From the NCBI GenBank assembly GCA_976226885.1, contig OZ320320.1, positions 88,288,001-88,352,000 of the forward strand: a DNA stretch of 64,000 nucleotides, given 5' to 3'. Every line of letters begins with the position of its first letter. The first letter of the stretch is position 1. The stretch is from Iphione sp. A-MEVVRFRX5. Its lineage: Eukaryota. Below are positions 24,621 through 36,897 of this stretch, piece by piece. The notes under the pieces were generated by a model. That model saw only the letters and a list, made by a program, of their open reading frames with translations, was not told where the DNA came from and searched no databases. A program made the translations under genes and the position numbers.

Positions 24621-25169
24621 AGCGCTATGCGCATGTGAATAGTCCGCACGCAAATTTTGTCATGGTGCGTATAGCCTGAACCTCCCTGGAACGGGTGGTT
24701 GGGTCTATCTCCATGTATCTGGACTATACACACTATCTCTATGGTCTTTCAAAGAATGTAAAATGAATACTAGTTCTTGAAATTTGCATATAAAAAACCC
24801 TTTTTGTTAAAAGAGGGACCTAATCTGTGGAATCTGTGGAAAGTTTGTTGTTTTTTGTTGAAAGTGGGCCATATCATTGGAAATTGTGTGGCTTTTTATG
24901 CACGTGATATGCAAATTTTAAACAATATTACATAAAATAAAGCATCGTACATATGTTAGACATTTGTTATATGTCTTTTCTCTGTCCACACAAAGTCGCT
25001 TGGTACGAGAAGACCAGATGACAAGGGATCGTCCTGCCAGCAGCAGGTGGTGTGTCCGGGAAGTTCACTTACATGGGTATAATACTATCTTAACTGCTTG
25101 GACTGGACCTCCTACTCTTCACACACACAGTGGCAGGTCTGGAAGGTTTGCATCCATGGGGATAGCTCT
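24621..25169. mobile_element. Older copy of the same Kolobok-like MITE family
   Basis: Starts AGCGCTAT after CTAA and ends ggggATAGCTCT before TTAT; 25020-25169 aligns with 22700-22850. Confidence 0.7.
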
Positions 25170-25959
25170 TTATAATGCTGCAAAGACCCCTAAGGACCAC
25201 ATTATTGTAACATAATTTTGTAATGAAACAGGAATTTTTTGTTTAGTGTAAAATTATATGTATAAACAATCTGCTTGTGTGGTTCTGACAGCTGAGTGAC
25301 CCAGGTCAGCGTCTAAAGATTTGAGTGTAATATTGGGTCATGGACTGTTTTTACTTTTGGATTGCTCAGTCAGCTTCTATTTAGAGCACCTGTACACCCA
25401 TATCAGCAATAAAGATCAACTTATCTGGATCCTGTGTCCTGCTGAGTTGTGTTGTGCTCCATCGCACGGGCAAGAATTCATATATATATTACAAAGTGAT
25501 CTTACAATGTTTTGGACACTTCCCTTGACATCAAAGGATCTAGACATTCAGGTTTAATCTTTGCTTCTTTTAGAGGCAAATAATATAGCTGAAGACTGAA
25601 TACTCTATATTTTTCTCTCTTTATGTGTGTCCTTTTGCGAATTTTTACACCTTGATTTTTCCATGTGACTACAATCATCTGAACTATATATATACATATA
25701 TGTACATCTCTTCAAAGATCCACAATAAACACAGACAACAATATTTGAATAAGCAACTCTAATTTGGATGAAATACGGTGGGGGAATACCTTCCCCACCA
25801 ACCCACCTCTATCTTGTAGAGGGTGGGGGTACCTCTGAGATAATCAATCATTTATCACATCAGGCACATTAAACATCACACATCACAATACATCAGGTGC
25901 ATCACATACCCTAAGATGAGGATATCATGTTTCCAAGCAAACTCTTTTTACGCATGGAC

Positions 25960-26800
25960 TGTGCTTGAGCTAAAGACCATGGCTGCTCTCTTTGCAGCTA
26001 GGGTCTGGCTAGTGTACAACATGTATGCAGGGTCAGATTTCCACGTTCTGAGACATTTATCTCCTCCTTTGTTGCACCTAGCACCTGTAAGGTGGGGGCC
26101 CCACCTCTCCTTAGATTATGGAGTGAGTACTTACTGCAATCTAGGCCCATGTCTTCGAGGGCCATGTTAAACACCCTTGCTACCTTTCTAGTGTCAAGCA
26201 GGCCACTGAACACGGGGTCACAGAACAACGGTCGATTAACATGTTTTGTGTGGACTAGGCTCATCATTTTCTTGAGGGCCCTTATTGGACACGTATGCTT
26301 GTCACCTATTTTTGGGATGAATGTCATCCATGGAGCATTTTTGTTGATGGTCTTTGACCATTTAATTCTCACCTTGGCTCTGTCTTATACAAACTCTATG
26401 TCGCCTCTTGTAAGCTGGCGGCTTGGTGAATATATACCTTTCTTAGCTAATACGCTAGACTGTCGCACCAACAAGGAGTAAATGAACAGGAACAAAGACC
26501 TAAACACAATGCCCAGTTGATCCAACCCTGAGAGGTATGTCATCAGGTTCTTCATTATTACTAGTGAGACTGGAAGTTTTCTGTCAACGTTATGGGCACT
26601 CATCTTTTCAATTGCCTTAAGAGATGTGCATACCGGGTTGGAGTCGTACACAGTACAAAACCATAACTGCAGCAGCCATAGTTTTTCAAAGGGCAGTGAT
26701 GTGCTGGGAAACAACCTGTGGGGTAAAGTAAATATTCAATTATTCAATGTACATGAGCACATCAGCCTGTAGGGATGCAGCCATTCGATATCATATTTTT
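25960..26800 (-). pseudogene. Tyrosine recombinase of the DIRS-order element
   Basis: YSLLVRQSS (R), CPIRALK, YSLHNLRRGGA (H-x-x-R), and frameshifted TWKSDPAYMLY (Y). Confidence 0.85.
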
Positions 26801-26853
26801 GGCAGTATCCAATGAACAAAGTGACCATCCTAGTCCTTGTTTTCATCGAGTCT

Positions 26854-28450
26854 TTAGTTATGGCCTGCTGTTGTCGCTGGGCTGCCGTTGCCACCAACGT
26901 CTGCAGCTTCGGATCTGAAATTAGAACACTTTGACACTGTTGACAAGTTCATGTTAGGGTTTTTAACAGGATATGAAGCCACAATTGCCCGAAATTTCTT
27001 AGCTTTATGGAATCTGGACATTGCATCTGCTACCATCATTTCGGCACCAGGTATGTGTCGAAATGTGCAATTTACACCATATTTAGCCTGTGTGTACCAG
27101 ATGGCCCTAGCAGCAGACAATATTCTGCTGTCTCTTCCCCTGCAAGATGTGAAAACCTGGATTGATGACCAATTGTCACAGAAAACTTCATATGCCTTAG
27201 ACCTGGACTTTGGGATGAACATAGCCACTGCTAGTGCCACATTGAAGGCCTCAATCTGTGAGATATGGGCTGATTGAAGAAATTCTGGAGTGTACATAAT
27301 ATAATACATCTGTTTGTTGTAAGCACCCATGCCTTCAATGCATGCATCACAGTAGATATTATCATCAGTTTCTTGTGCTGGAAAGAATGATATGCCATTG
27401 CAAGTTGACAGAAATTTAGTGAACCAGTTTAGGTCTGCCCTTTCTTCACAGCTGATGGACACAATCCTAGAATTGTCACTAGTGGCTAACCGATACTGCT
27501 GAAGTATCCTACCTAGGAATAATCGTGCAACTGGGACACATCTTGCCACATGGTTGACTAATCCCATGAAGTGCTGACATTCTTTTATTGACATAGACTC
27601 TTTTGTCAGTGTCTCATTACACTGGTGTAGAACCTTTTTTTTTCTTTAGGGATTGATAGGGTTTTGTTATTCAAATTAATAGTGATACCAAGCCAGGTGA
27701 GTACACGCATCGGTGGGGAACACTTGTGGGAGGTTACAATGAGTCCTAAGCCCTTAACTAGTTTCAAGGTACGTTTGTATGCCTGTTCAGAAACACTCAC
27801 AGGTGAAACAAACACATAGTCATCAAGGTATGGTAGGCCTGAAACAGAAGGGATTTCATGGGTTACTTTATTCACAATGTGCTCAGAAATGATTTGCATG
27901 TAGAGTGAGCTCATGCGCGTGCCAAATGGGAGACAATTATCGAAATAATACTATTTTTCAAATTTTAGGCCCAATAGAGGCCAGTCCAAAGGATTGGTGG
28001 AAAAGTCCCTGTACGCACATCTTAGGTCTATGGACCATATCAGAATAGGAACCTCATAATGATGGATAGCATTAACCAAGTCAAACGTTGAGGGAAGTGA
28101 TAGTTTGTATGAGATGTCAAAAAACATATGAGGTGGGATGAGATCATTCACCCTGCTTAAGCCATGTCAATGATGACACGGTGTTTGTCCTCAGTGGACT
28201 TGGGGTGAGTTGTGATAGGGCTCACAATCAACTGTGTAAATCAGTGGGCTTCATATGGGCCAGACAGGGCCCCAAGTGCTAACTCCTCCTGGATGTAGTT
28301 AGCGATGTGGTGTTGTACTTGATGCTGTAGGGGATAGTTTTTCTTGTGTTGTTGCGGCATACACTGCCCCACGTATCCCAATGGGAACCCATACTGTACG
28401 GCATCCTGGAAGAAGACATCATTGGAGGATGATGTCGAGAACATCTATCC
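26854..28450 (-). pseudogene. RT/RNase H of the DIRS-order element
   Basis: IDLRCAYRDF, DWPLLG and YLDD; RNase H motifs IYCDAC, HISQIEAFNV, VFCDN and ADAMSR. Confidence 0.88.
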
Positions 28451-29136
28451 CCAGGCGTTGAGGTGCAGGGCTGACTCGATGGGATGCCTAGCCTCTAGGA
28501 GGTTGGGAATGGCCTGTGGCCCTTACTATATTGTATGTGAGTAGGTCTGGGTTATAGTCAATTGCCATAGGCCAGGAGATGAGCCTATATACCATCAGGG
28601 AGTCCATGGCAGGCATTTCATGTGTGAATAGAGTGTTACCTTGAAATTGTTGAGAGTCCATCTCATCATCTGGGGGGCAGTAGTACCCTGTGACGTGCAT
28701 CAGCTGCTGAATCACCAGTCGTATTCTCGCCTGTGCTTCTGCATCTGCTCAACGTTCTGCCCTATAGGCTTGGCATCTGAGGGCTTGGTCTTCTTCTTGT
28801 TGTGACAAGCTTCTGGTTTGTGGTTGGACATCTTGTTCATCATGTAATAACAAATGGGACAGTAATGTATTAGTTTGTATTGGTCAAGGAAATGAAAGTT
28901 GGGGAGTGAGCACTTTCCTGAAACCCAGGCTGGGCAGATAGTGATTGATTCTCTCCCAACATTTGGGTGTTACATTGTGTAATATTCCCTTGCTGGGTAA
29001 TAATAAGACAGATTTAACTTAGTTTTCTACTCCTTTACTTCACTGCACATGTGGTGTTACTCCATGGCTCCTGGGTGGTGGTGTCTCACTCAATGTTCAC
29101 CCCTAACATGTTACCTGGTGGTACTGGTACACTACA

Positions 29137-29151
29137 TCCCTTCCTTTCTTC
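29137..29151 (-). promoter_or_regulatory. Polypurine tract GAAGAAAGGAAGGGA
   Basis: Abuts the 3' LTR on the minus strand. Confidence 0.85.
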
Positions 29152-29186
29152 AGAAACAAAACTTCCTATCATCCCTGACTTCAGAT

Positions 29187-30170
29187 CTACTTCAATACAC
29201 AGTCATGATGTCTTAAATGACCCAGTGTTCCTATACTACTGAGTTCATAACCTTCCTTTGATTTCACAGAGTACTGCTCACTGTTGAAATTAGGTGCTCT
29301 CTGTGAATCCTTTTTCTTCCCTTTCACATAAATGAATGTTGCCTCTGCTGTTCCATCATCTGTCTTTACCTTCTCATCCTCCATCTTCCTTGTTCTCTCC
29401 TCCCTTGTCACTGTTCTGTCCTCTGTCTTCACAGTTGCATCCTCCAACTTCTTTTTGATATTTTTCTTCACCTTCCTTTTCCCCTTCCTTTTCACATCTT
29501 CCTTCTCAGCTGTGCCAGAATGATGTCTGATGACGGCTTTATCACTTTTTTCACATTGGCAACATGGTAGCCTCCTCACTAGTTTGGCTCCCAGCCTAGT
29601 TGCCTCATTCACATGAGATTTCCTCTGGACCTCTTTCCAGTCCCAAGTGTTAGTGGATACATTGGAGTCCTTTTGTTGAATGTCAGTGTCATTCCCCTCT
29701 GCAGTAGTGGAATGCACTCTTGTTGACTCGGGTGGTCCCACCCGTAGCAAATTCAACCTCTCTGCAGTCCGTTTACCAAGTAGAGTCCTTCCAGTCCCCT
29801 TGATAACAGTAAACTCATCTCGACAATATTTCTTGCTTGCTGGACACACTATCTCAGCCTCAAATATTCCCAACACCTCTATGGGCTTAGCTTGCCCATA
29901 CGTAAATAGCTTCATGTTGGACAGTCGGGACACACACTTCACTCTGTTGCATTTCATCATGTTCCAGGTTGCCTTGTCCATGGTGTTACAGGATGCACCT
30001 GAGTCGATCAACACAGATCTCAGGTCAAGTCCTCCAACCTCCAGGTCAACCATACCATCCATCTTCTCTGCCCCTACTGCAAAGATGTAATCTCCATAAC
30101 CTCCAATCTGTCCACTGTTTGATGCACCATGATTCACTTGATATGTTGCAGGTTGGCACTGCCTAGTAGA
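29187..30170 (-). pseudogene. Aspartic protease fused by deletion to an integrase C-terminal remnant
   Basis: VLIDSGASCN protease motif; downstream TLLGKRTAERLNLL, then a lysine-rich integrase-tail-like sequence. Confidence 0.8.
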
Positions 30171-30175
30171 GATTT

Positions 30176-31553
30176 CCTGTCGGCGGCCCGGCTGCAGAGA
30201 ACACACGGTGTGGAGAGGATATCTGACATGGTGGAGTACAATGGGCTAATGGTGGTGCACAAACTATTCAAGGAAGGTCTCCTCGCAGCTGGGTCTCAAT
30301 CGGTCACAAGAGCAGGACGTGGCAGCAGGGGATCAACTGTGAGACCAAGGACTACTGCCTTTGCACGTTCACTGGCCTACAGGGGGGTCAGGAGATGGAA
30401 CTCTCTCCCGGAAAACCTCAAAGCCTTGAAAAGGCTACCGAGACTCGCAGTTCTAGATCTGGCTCAGTTGTGATCGCTACATGCGAGGAGGAAGTGATTG
30501 GGATTACTACATCCTGACAGGAGCATAGAACCGGTTGGGGTAGATAGAGATGCAAGACCTCCCTTAGTTTTGCGGTCGAGTACAGTTGTTGGTAGGGTTT
30601 AGACTATGTGAGTGGGCAATACTTTCTATTATGGAACAGGATTACAAAATTCATTGTGAACCCAAGCCAGATATAGAATTACTTTACTGAATTACAGGCT
30701 GATATAGAGGTACAACCATCAGTTACCGTAGGTAGGGAAAGGAACGGGAAATAATGGGGGGATGGGAAAGGTATAGGCTACTTCATGATAGTGTTACAGA
30801 TATTTCTCCTACTATCTTTTTTCCTCACAACATTATATACAACTGATCATGCTTAAAAGATCTGTCTAAGGATTCTCAACTGAGTTATATTGTTATTGAT
30901 GCCAACGTATTATACCTCAGGTTATTTATGAATTGCTGTGATATGGTGGAGGAATGAGTAATAGATGCAAAGAGTTAACTCTTAAATAAATATGCCTTTG
31001 CAATAGATGACAACGCTAGCCCTTGTAATAGACAATATCAAGAAGGGTAGGCTTTTTTAGATTGCTAGTGACTGCAATAGCAGCCACTAATGAAAACTTG
31101 CTTATATGCATAATGAGAAATACTCTCTGTTTATATGTGACTTCAATACGTAAAGTTAAGATATCGATTAAAGCAGTACCTGGTGTAATTTTTGTGAGCC
31201 AAATGTATGAGTGATATGTAACAGTGATAGCTGCCATTGTATAGCATGTAATAGTGGTGACATAGTTAAATTACATCTAGGATAAGTGAGAAACTGTTGG
31301 ACATGGCATCGTTTTCTTTTCTTCCTGTAGGATTATTGATGTCCACTGCATTTATTATAGTGTCTGACGAGGACAAATGTTGGAAGTTACTGTAACGGCT
31401 TGAAGCATGATTCTGTCTTAGATGTACCCATATTTTCAAAAATGTCTGTATGTACTAGCACTCAGAATGTTTCATGTTTGCGCACATATATGCCATGGAG
31501 AGCTCTGTAACCTGGAGATGGCAAATAAACCCAATTCCAATTCCAATTCCAAT
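30176..31553 (+). mobile_element. 5'-truncated LINE (ORF2 C-terminus + ~1.1-kb 3' UTR) inserted between the gag knuckle and the protease
   Basis: RSLAYRGVRRWNSLPENLK terminus; AATAAA plus (CCAATT)n tail at about 31523-31553; possible TTTCC-type TSD. Confidence 0.75.
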
Positions 31554-32497
31554 TTTCCCTCTTCTTGGTACTTCTCCCTCTGTCGTCTCTGTCGAGTGTC
31601 TTGGCCCTTAGTGTGACAGCATACCGCAAAATGTCCCATTCTCCCGCATTTGCTGCATTCTTTACCTCGAGCAGGGCATTCCTGATCCTTTGCCAAGTGA
31701 TCTTTCTTGTTGCAGCGGAAACATCTCTATCCACTGCCATGTCCACTGCTTCCTTCTCTGGTTGCACCTCTGGCTCCCTTGTGTTCTTCCTTGTTCCCCT
31801 TTGAGAAGTTACCCTTCCTGTGTACTGCATTCACTTCAGTTGATGCCTCAGTCCGAGTCATCGACTTCATCTGTGCCTCAACTGCTTCGTAGGCACGTGC
31901 GATGTCCTCCAAGTCCTTCAATGTAGCATTCCCTGTCTTCTCCAAGAACTTGCGTCTCAGCCGCTGTTCCCGACATTTATCTATCAGCTGATCACGGATA
32001 GCCTCATCAACATCCGTGAACTCACAGGAAACGGCCTTGTGGCGTAGGCGACACACAAACTGATCGACTGTCTCCCCAGCTCCCTGCTCAAGCTGACGGA
32101 ACAGGTGCCTCTCGAACGGTATGTTCACAGTCGGCACAAAGTGTGCGTCGAGCCGACCGATACACTCCTTGAGGGACATGCCAGTCTCCTCAGGTACCAG
32201 AGTGTAGAATATCTTCTGTAGTTCCATACCTCCAGTGTGTAACAGGAGAGCAACCTTCTGCTCCTCCACAGTTACACCACGTGACATCACATACAGGTTG
32301 AAAGCTCGCTTCCAACGCTTCCACCTTGCGCACAGAGTAGTAGGTTCTCCCTTGGGGTCAAAGCAAGGAAGACTACTCACCTCCAGTGTCCTTAGTCTAT
32401 CAACAGTACCATTAACATTACCAGTGCTGGCACCACCGCTGGAACTACTGCCACTTGCACGCTCAGCCATACTGCGTGTCTCTGTCGGTGCCATCAT
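31472..32497 (-). pseudogene. gag of the Mag-like element with CCHC zinc knuckle (frameshifted)
   Basis: RWKRWKRAFNLYV, LLLHTGG, FERHLFRQLEQ..ETVDQFVCRLR, IRDQLIDKC; CSKCGRMGHFAVCC. Confidence 0.9.
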
Positions 32498-33927
32498 GAA
32501 TCCAGACCAACACAGTATCTAGCTATAATATTTGAACCAATATACCACCACAGTATTTAAACAAAACCAGGTACCACCAAACTCAAACTCGTAGGCTACC
32601 TATACATATAATGCACCAACCACCTGAAAAACTAAAATATTGTCAACCACAGGATCAATACAAAGTTCAGGCAAACATACAGGTACATGTACACATTAAA
32701 GTAAATATTCCTGAAATAAAATGACAAAGTTAATGTCACAACAGGTTCTAGACCTCTGAATTAAATCAAATGTCACTTTTAGTGCAACCTCTGATACCAG
32801 TGGTATAGTCAGACTCCAGCCTCTGTAAAACTTCCAGTATTTAAACTTCAGTCATCACATGTCAAAGTTCAGTATTAAAACTTTGCACATCAAAGTGCAC
32901 ACATAAATGTTCAGTATTTGTCAAAATTCTGTATTTAAACTCCATTTCCACCGTTGTAGATAGACTGTGTTGCTTGCCAGGTTATTCTCCCGAGGTTCCC
33001 AAGCTCCTAGACAGTCCTGGCTGACTTAAAACACAAAAATCGATCATATGACAGCACCAGTCACTTCTCAGGCGTTCCCATCTTTGTAGATATTCCTTGC
33101 CGACTTTTGAAGACTTGTTGTACACTGGCACGCCTCCTCTGGGCTCCCACACTTGTAGACAGGTTTGGCCGCTTCTACTTCAGTATTTAAACTTTGCCGC
33201 TTCTCCTGATCAGTCTCTTCAGGTTTCCACACCTCCAAGACAACTCTGCCGACTTTACTCTGTATTCAAACATCGTTTCCACACTTGTAGATAGTCCTTG
33301 CCGACTTTTGACAACTTGCTTTACACTGCCACGCCTCCTCTGGGCTCCCACGCTTTCTCGATAAGTTCCGCCGACTTTGACAACTTTTGCGGGCCTTGAC
33401 CCAGAGTGACCACGCCTCCTAGGCTCCTCCAGCCGCTACCCACGCTATATTTTCGCGCCAATGTCGTCACTAGAGCGTCCTGGTTGGCTCCCACACCCTC
33501 CAGTGGCCTACCCACGCTATTCTGGCGCCAAAACGCCGACCACTGCATCCTCCGTGACTCCTCAGGGATTTGAGCCTCTCTGGCCAGCCTAGCGTGGTCC
33601 ACTAGCCTGTACCACGCTCCCCAGTCACTCAAACAAAGATGGCGAATATCAACGTGATCAAACACTCCTGGCTTTACCATCACAATGCCACACAAATAGT
33701 TACTCACATATGCACAATAGTCCCTCTTCTGTGTCTGTCCACAATCCTGTTGATGTGTCCTCTCTCCTTTCCAATGAAATCCAGCATTTAAGCTCAGTGG
33801 GGTTGTACTCCCTCACTCCTCCTTTGTCTGTGGGTACCTCCTCACATGGCAGGCAGAAAACTTGTTTCCTTGGTAAATCCCTGTTTAGGACTCACTCAAA
33901 ACTTGTTCCTTGGTTTCTCCTCATGTT

Positions 33928-33941
33928 CATCCTCGTCGCCA
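33928..33941 (-). promoter_or_regulatory. Primer-binding site TGGCGACGAGGATG, complementary to the tRNA-Ser(GCU) 3' end
   Basis: One base after the 5' LTR. The tRNA assignment is from recalled tRNA-Ser(GCU) 3' sequence. Confidence 0.8.
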
Positions 33942-34101
33942 TTGTAATATTCCCTTGCTGGGTAATAATAAGACAGATTTAACTTAGTTTTCTACTCCTT
34001 TACTTCACTGCACATGTGGTGTTACTCCATGGCTCCTGGGTGGTGGTGTCTCACTCAATGTTCACCCCTAACATGTTACCCGGTGGTACTGGTACACTAC
34101 A

Positions 34102-34157
34102 CATTGTGCTACCCCTGAAGAAGTCAACCACCTGACGAAATGTTGGGAGTCATATTG
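34102..34157 (+). ncRNA. Candidate minimal hammerhead ribozyme motif (Penelope-type)
   Basis: ccc-CTGAAGA-a-GTCA(accacc)TGAC-GAAA-tg-TT-ggg: both core boxes, 4-bp stem II and CCC/GGG stem I. Confidence 0.45.
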
Positions 34158-35975
34158 CCAATATAAGCACCTCCTCATTATATCTGGCCTCCATGAGTTT
34201 TGGTTTATCACAGTTATATAATTGTGCTACTCTGTTGCATGTGTGCATGTATGGAGTGTGACTTGAGTTGCTGTATCTTGGCGTGTTCTGTCAGCTTAAG
34301 CCTCCCTAGGTTCACTGCTCCCCACATTTCCCTGACCTACTCCCGTAGGGGGGGGGGGCCGGGAGTAGACCTAGCCTCGTCCACAAAGTCTATGAGATGG
34401 TCTATCAGGGCAGACTTTGATATGTTTGCTTGATATTTAAGGTCATTGTACATGTGCAGGATATCCAGTATATACTGGAAAATGGTAAGTTTGGCCAGGT
34501 CTGCCTTGTCAGAGTCAGCCTGGTAAATATAGGTAGCAGGAGGGAAGCGGCGTGGCTTACCTTTAACCTGCAAGGTGTCTGGATATAGGGCTGAGAAGAA
34601 TTCTCCTGATCTTCTCTCTCCTATTCTTCTGAGGTCTCCTGGTGGTGGAAATTCCTCAGCTAGAGAGTATTCCTCCTCGTCCTCCTCGTTCTCTTCGTTG
34701 GCCCCTTCTGTGGCACCGGCGAGGTCCGTTCCAGTTGAGTGGTCAGGACCCTGACAGGCTGCAGCCGCTTTTGACCTGGTCAGGACACCAGATTGTGGCT
34801 TGTCATCGGCATCCATTCTTGATTCCAAGGATTTCATCCCCTGTGCAATCTCATTTATTGCCTTCTGCAGCTCCTGAAACCTGCCGTTTTCTTCGGTTGT
34901 CTTGGACATGGTTGCAATGGTCACTTTCAACGTTGAGATCAACTTTAACGGTCAACACACGGCGGTACCGAACGACTAACTGTATGAATTGGCCTGCAAT
35001 CACTCAGTGCAGCCCTCTGGTGTCTCATATGGTACTAGATGCCTCGTTACCACCGAGTAGCAGTACCACACCATTCACTTTATAAAGTGATCACCTTTGT
35101 TTTACATCTTGCTCACTTGCTACTATGAATCTCATTTACAGGGACACTTTATGAACAGTTTTACTGAGGGAGCACTGCTATGTATCCCTTGTGTGGTAAT
35201 TAGATGAAATCTTCCTGTGGAAAGACGGACTTCTTGACTTTTCCCTTTAAGTTAACTGGCCGCAGGGGAAATTCTAGAAAGGCCATGGCTAGAGGTTACA
35301 AAGGCCCAGTCTTATGGTGAATTCCAGTGTGAACAGTCCTCATATAATTGTATGAAAATATAAAGTCACCAATAGAAGAAGACAATGCCCAGGAACTGAC
35401 AACAACCTGACAAGTGTTCGTCTCTGCAAGAGGAAAATCCCCATAGGGAACAGAAGAATATATATCTCAGACAGTCCTTTACTACATGGAGGGTGTAAAA
35501 CTTAGATGGTTAGCATCTTTAGTTTAGGTGCTTTTGTCGTGACCTTTCCAAGCAGAGATTTAGGAAGGGCCAAGGGGTATTTCAATAAAGGCTGATCTCA
35601 GCAACAATTGTACTTCCTCACAGTCTATTGTCTAACTTGATAAAGAAAGAGGCCCTCTTTGAACGTGGTGTATGTAAGAAGAGGAACTAGTTAGGACTTA
35701 ATTAAATCTAAAGAACAGATGCAGCAGGAGTTTTCTTGTCTACACAATTCTATTAATGCAATTATATTTGATTTTGTAGTGTATAAGAGATATGTATGGA
35801 TAAAATATACAGGCTGAATTTTTCCTCCAAGAGGGGTTTTGGAGGATAATCTTCTGAAAAAGGCCACCAGTCGCGTTGGATGGGTAGAACATTCTGGAAC
35901 TTCCTCCTTTTCAGAGGAACTGATTAATTAAGCATGGATGGAAGTTTCTAGAAGCATCCCTCCAGAAAGATCATT

Positions 35976-36174
35976 GGAGGGAGGATGTTATTGCTACTAT
36001 TTTAAGAATTATTGTGGCTAATTTTAGAGCCAACCTCTGTATATATGGGACAAATTTTCTGAATACAGACAGTTCTCATCTGCACTTGGAAGAGAGGACA
36101 CCTAAAGCATTTATTGTGTGGACATTCTTTATTTCGTGAAAGCCATCCATTCTGAAGACAGGAGACACATTACA
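35976..36174 (+). mobile_element. LTR remnant, family copy 3
   Basis: Purine tract ggagggagga then TG...ttACA; exact 18-mer gtggacattctttatttc shared with 3317-3334. Confidence 0.55.
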
Positions 36175-36237
36175 ATTCGATGATTTGAAACATAATCATT
36201 GAGATGAGGTTTTACAATATGAAAATGCTACTTCTAG

Positions 36238-36445
36238 GTTGGCAAGAGGTTTAGGGCATACTGAAATGGCTGACTGTCAGAAGTTTACAAGTTCACACAA
36301 TGATATCGCACTGAAAGGTCGATATAGAAAAATAACATTCTTTGAGGCTCCATGGGAAATGCGAATTACAGCTTGGAGTTCCAAACAGGGGAAGTCCAGG
36401 GAAGTCTCAGTAGCTAACATTCTTTACCAGGCCAATTATTCCCAA
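36238..36445 (+). other. Candidate coding exon, death-fold-like (LARGLGHTEMAD...ITAWSSKQGKSREVSVANILYQA)
   Basis: ctacttctAG acceptor, CAA|GTATGA donor, 69 open codons; LARxLG and W..KQG resemble death-domain helices. Confidence 0.35.
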
Positions 36446-36897
36446 GTATGATTTAATCTCATCATTCAGATACAGCCCAAAAGTCAAGACTCAATCAAAC
36501 CAAACATGATATATGAATACAGCCCATGATTAATACCAACTAAGTAAATACGTACACAGGACAAGGAGTCAATTTCCTAGCATGAATGATTTCTGCATAG
36601 CACTTTATAAACCAGTACGCTTTTGCATACTCAGATTTTAATATTTTACATATGATGGACACTGGAAAATCAGTTCTTTGTGCCACTCATAATAACCAAT
36701 GTATACTATTTCACTATGTATATATGTAATTGACAGTGATATTGTTGAAAAGATATATTTCTCCAACAACATACCTTTTAAACCATACCTTCCACAATGT
36801 AGATTTGATTACTTGTGTTTAACAATTCTTTTCACTCTAGATGAAGTTCGTATGAAATTATTTTGTGTTGACCTCTATATGACCTCAGTAATGAATG

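Larger units (their letters stand above)
28978..34101 (-). mobile_element. Mag-like Ty3/Gypsy LTR retrotransposon, internally deleted (non-autonomous) and young
   Basis: 159-bp TG...CA LTRs (28978-29136, 33943-34101) differing at one position by my reading; 5-bp TSD CATTG (28973-28977, 34102-34106); PBS, PPT, gag, zinc knuckle and protease present; no RT, RNase H or integrase core. Confidence 0.93.
25850..35100 (-). mobile_element. Tyrosine-recombinase retrotransposon (DIRS order, Ngaro-like), decayed and interrupted at 28978-34101
   Basis: gag-like ORF 34337-34942 with a Cys/His tail near 28780-28950, RT 27606-28450, RNase H 26854-27594 and YR 25960-26800, all minus strand and in the expected order. 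Terminal repeats not identified. Confidence 0.85.

Noticed and set aside
31360-31400. ctgacgaggacaaatgttggaag as a second hammerhead
   Set aside because: No intact GAAA box or stem II; lies in a LINE 3' UTR.
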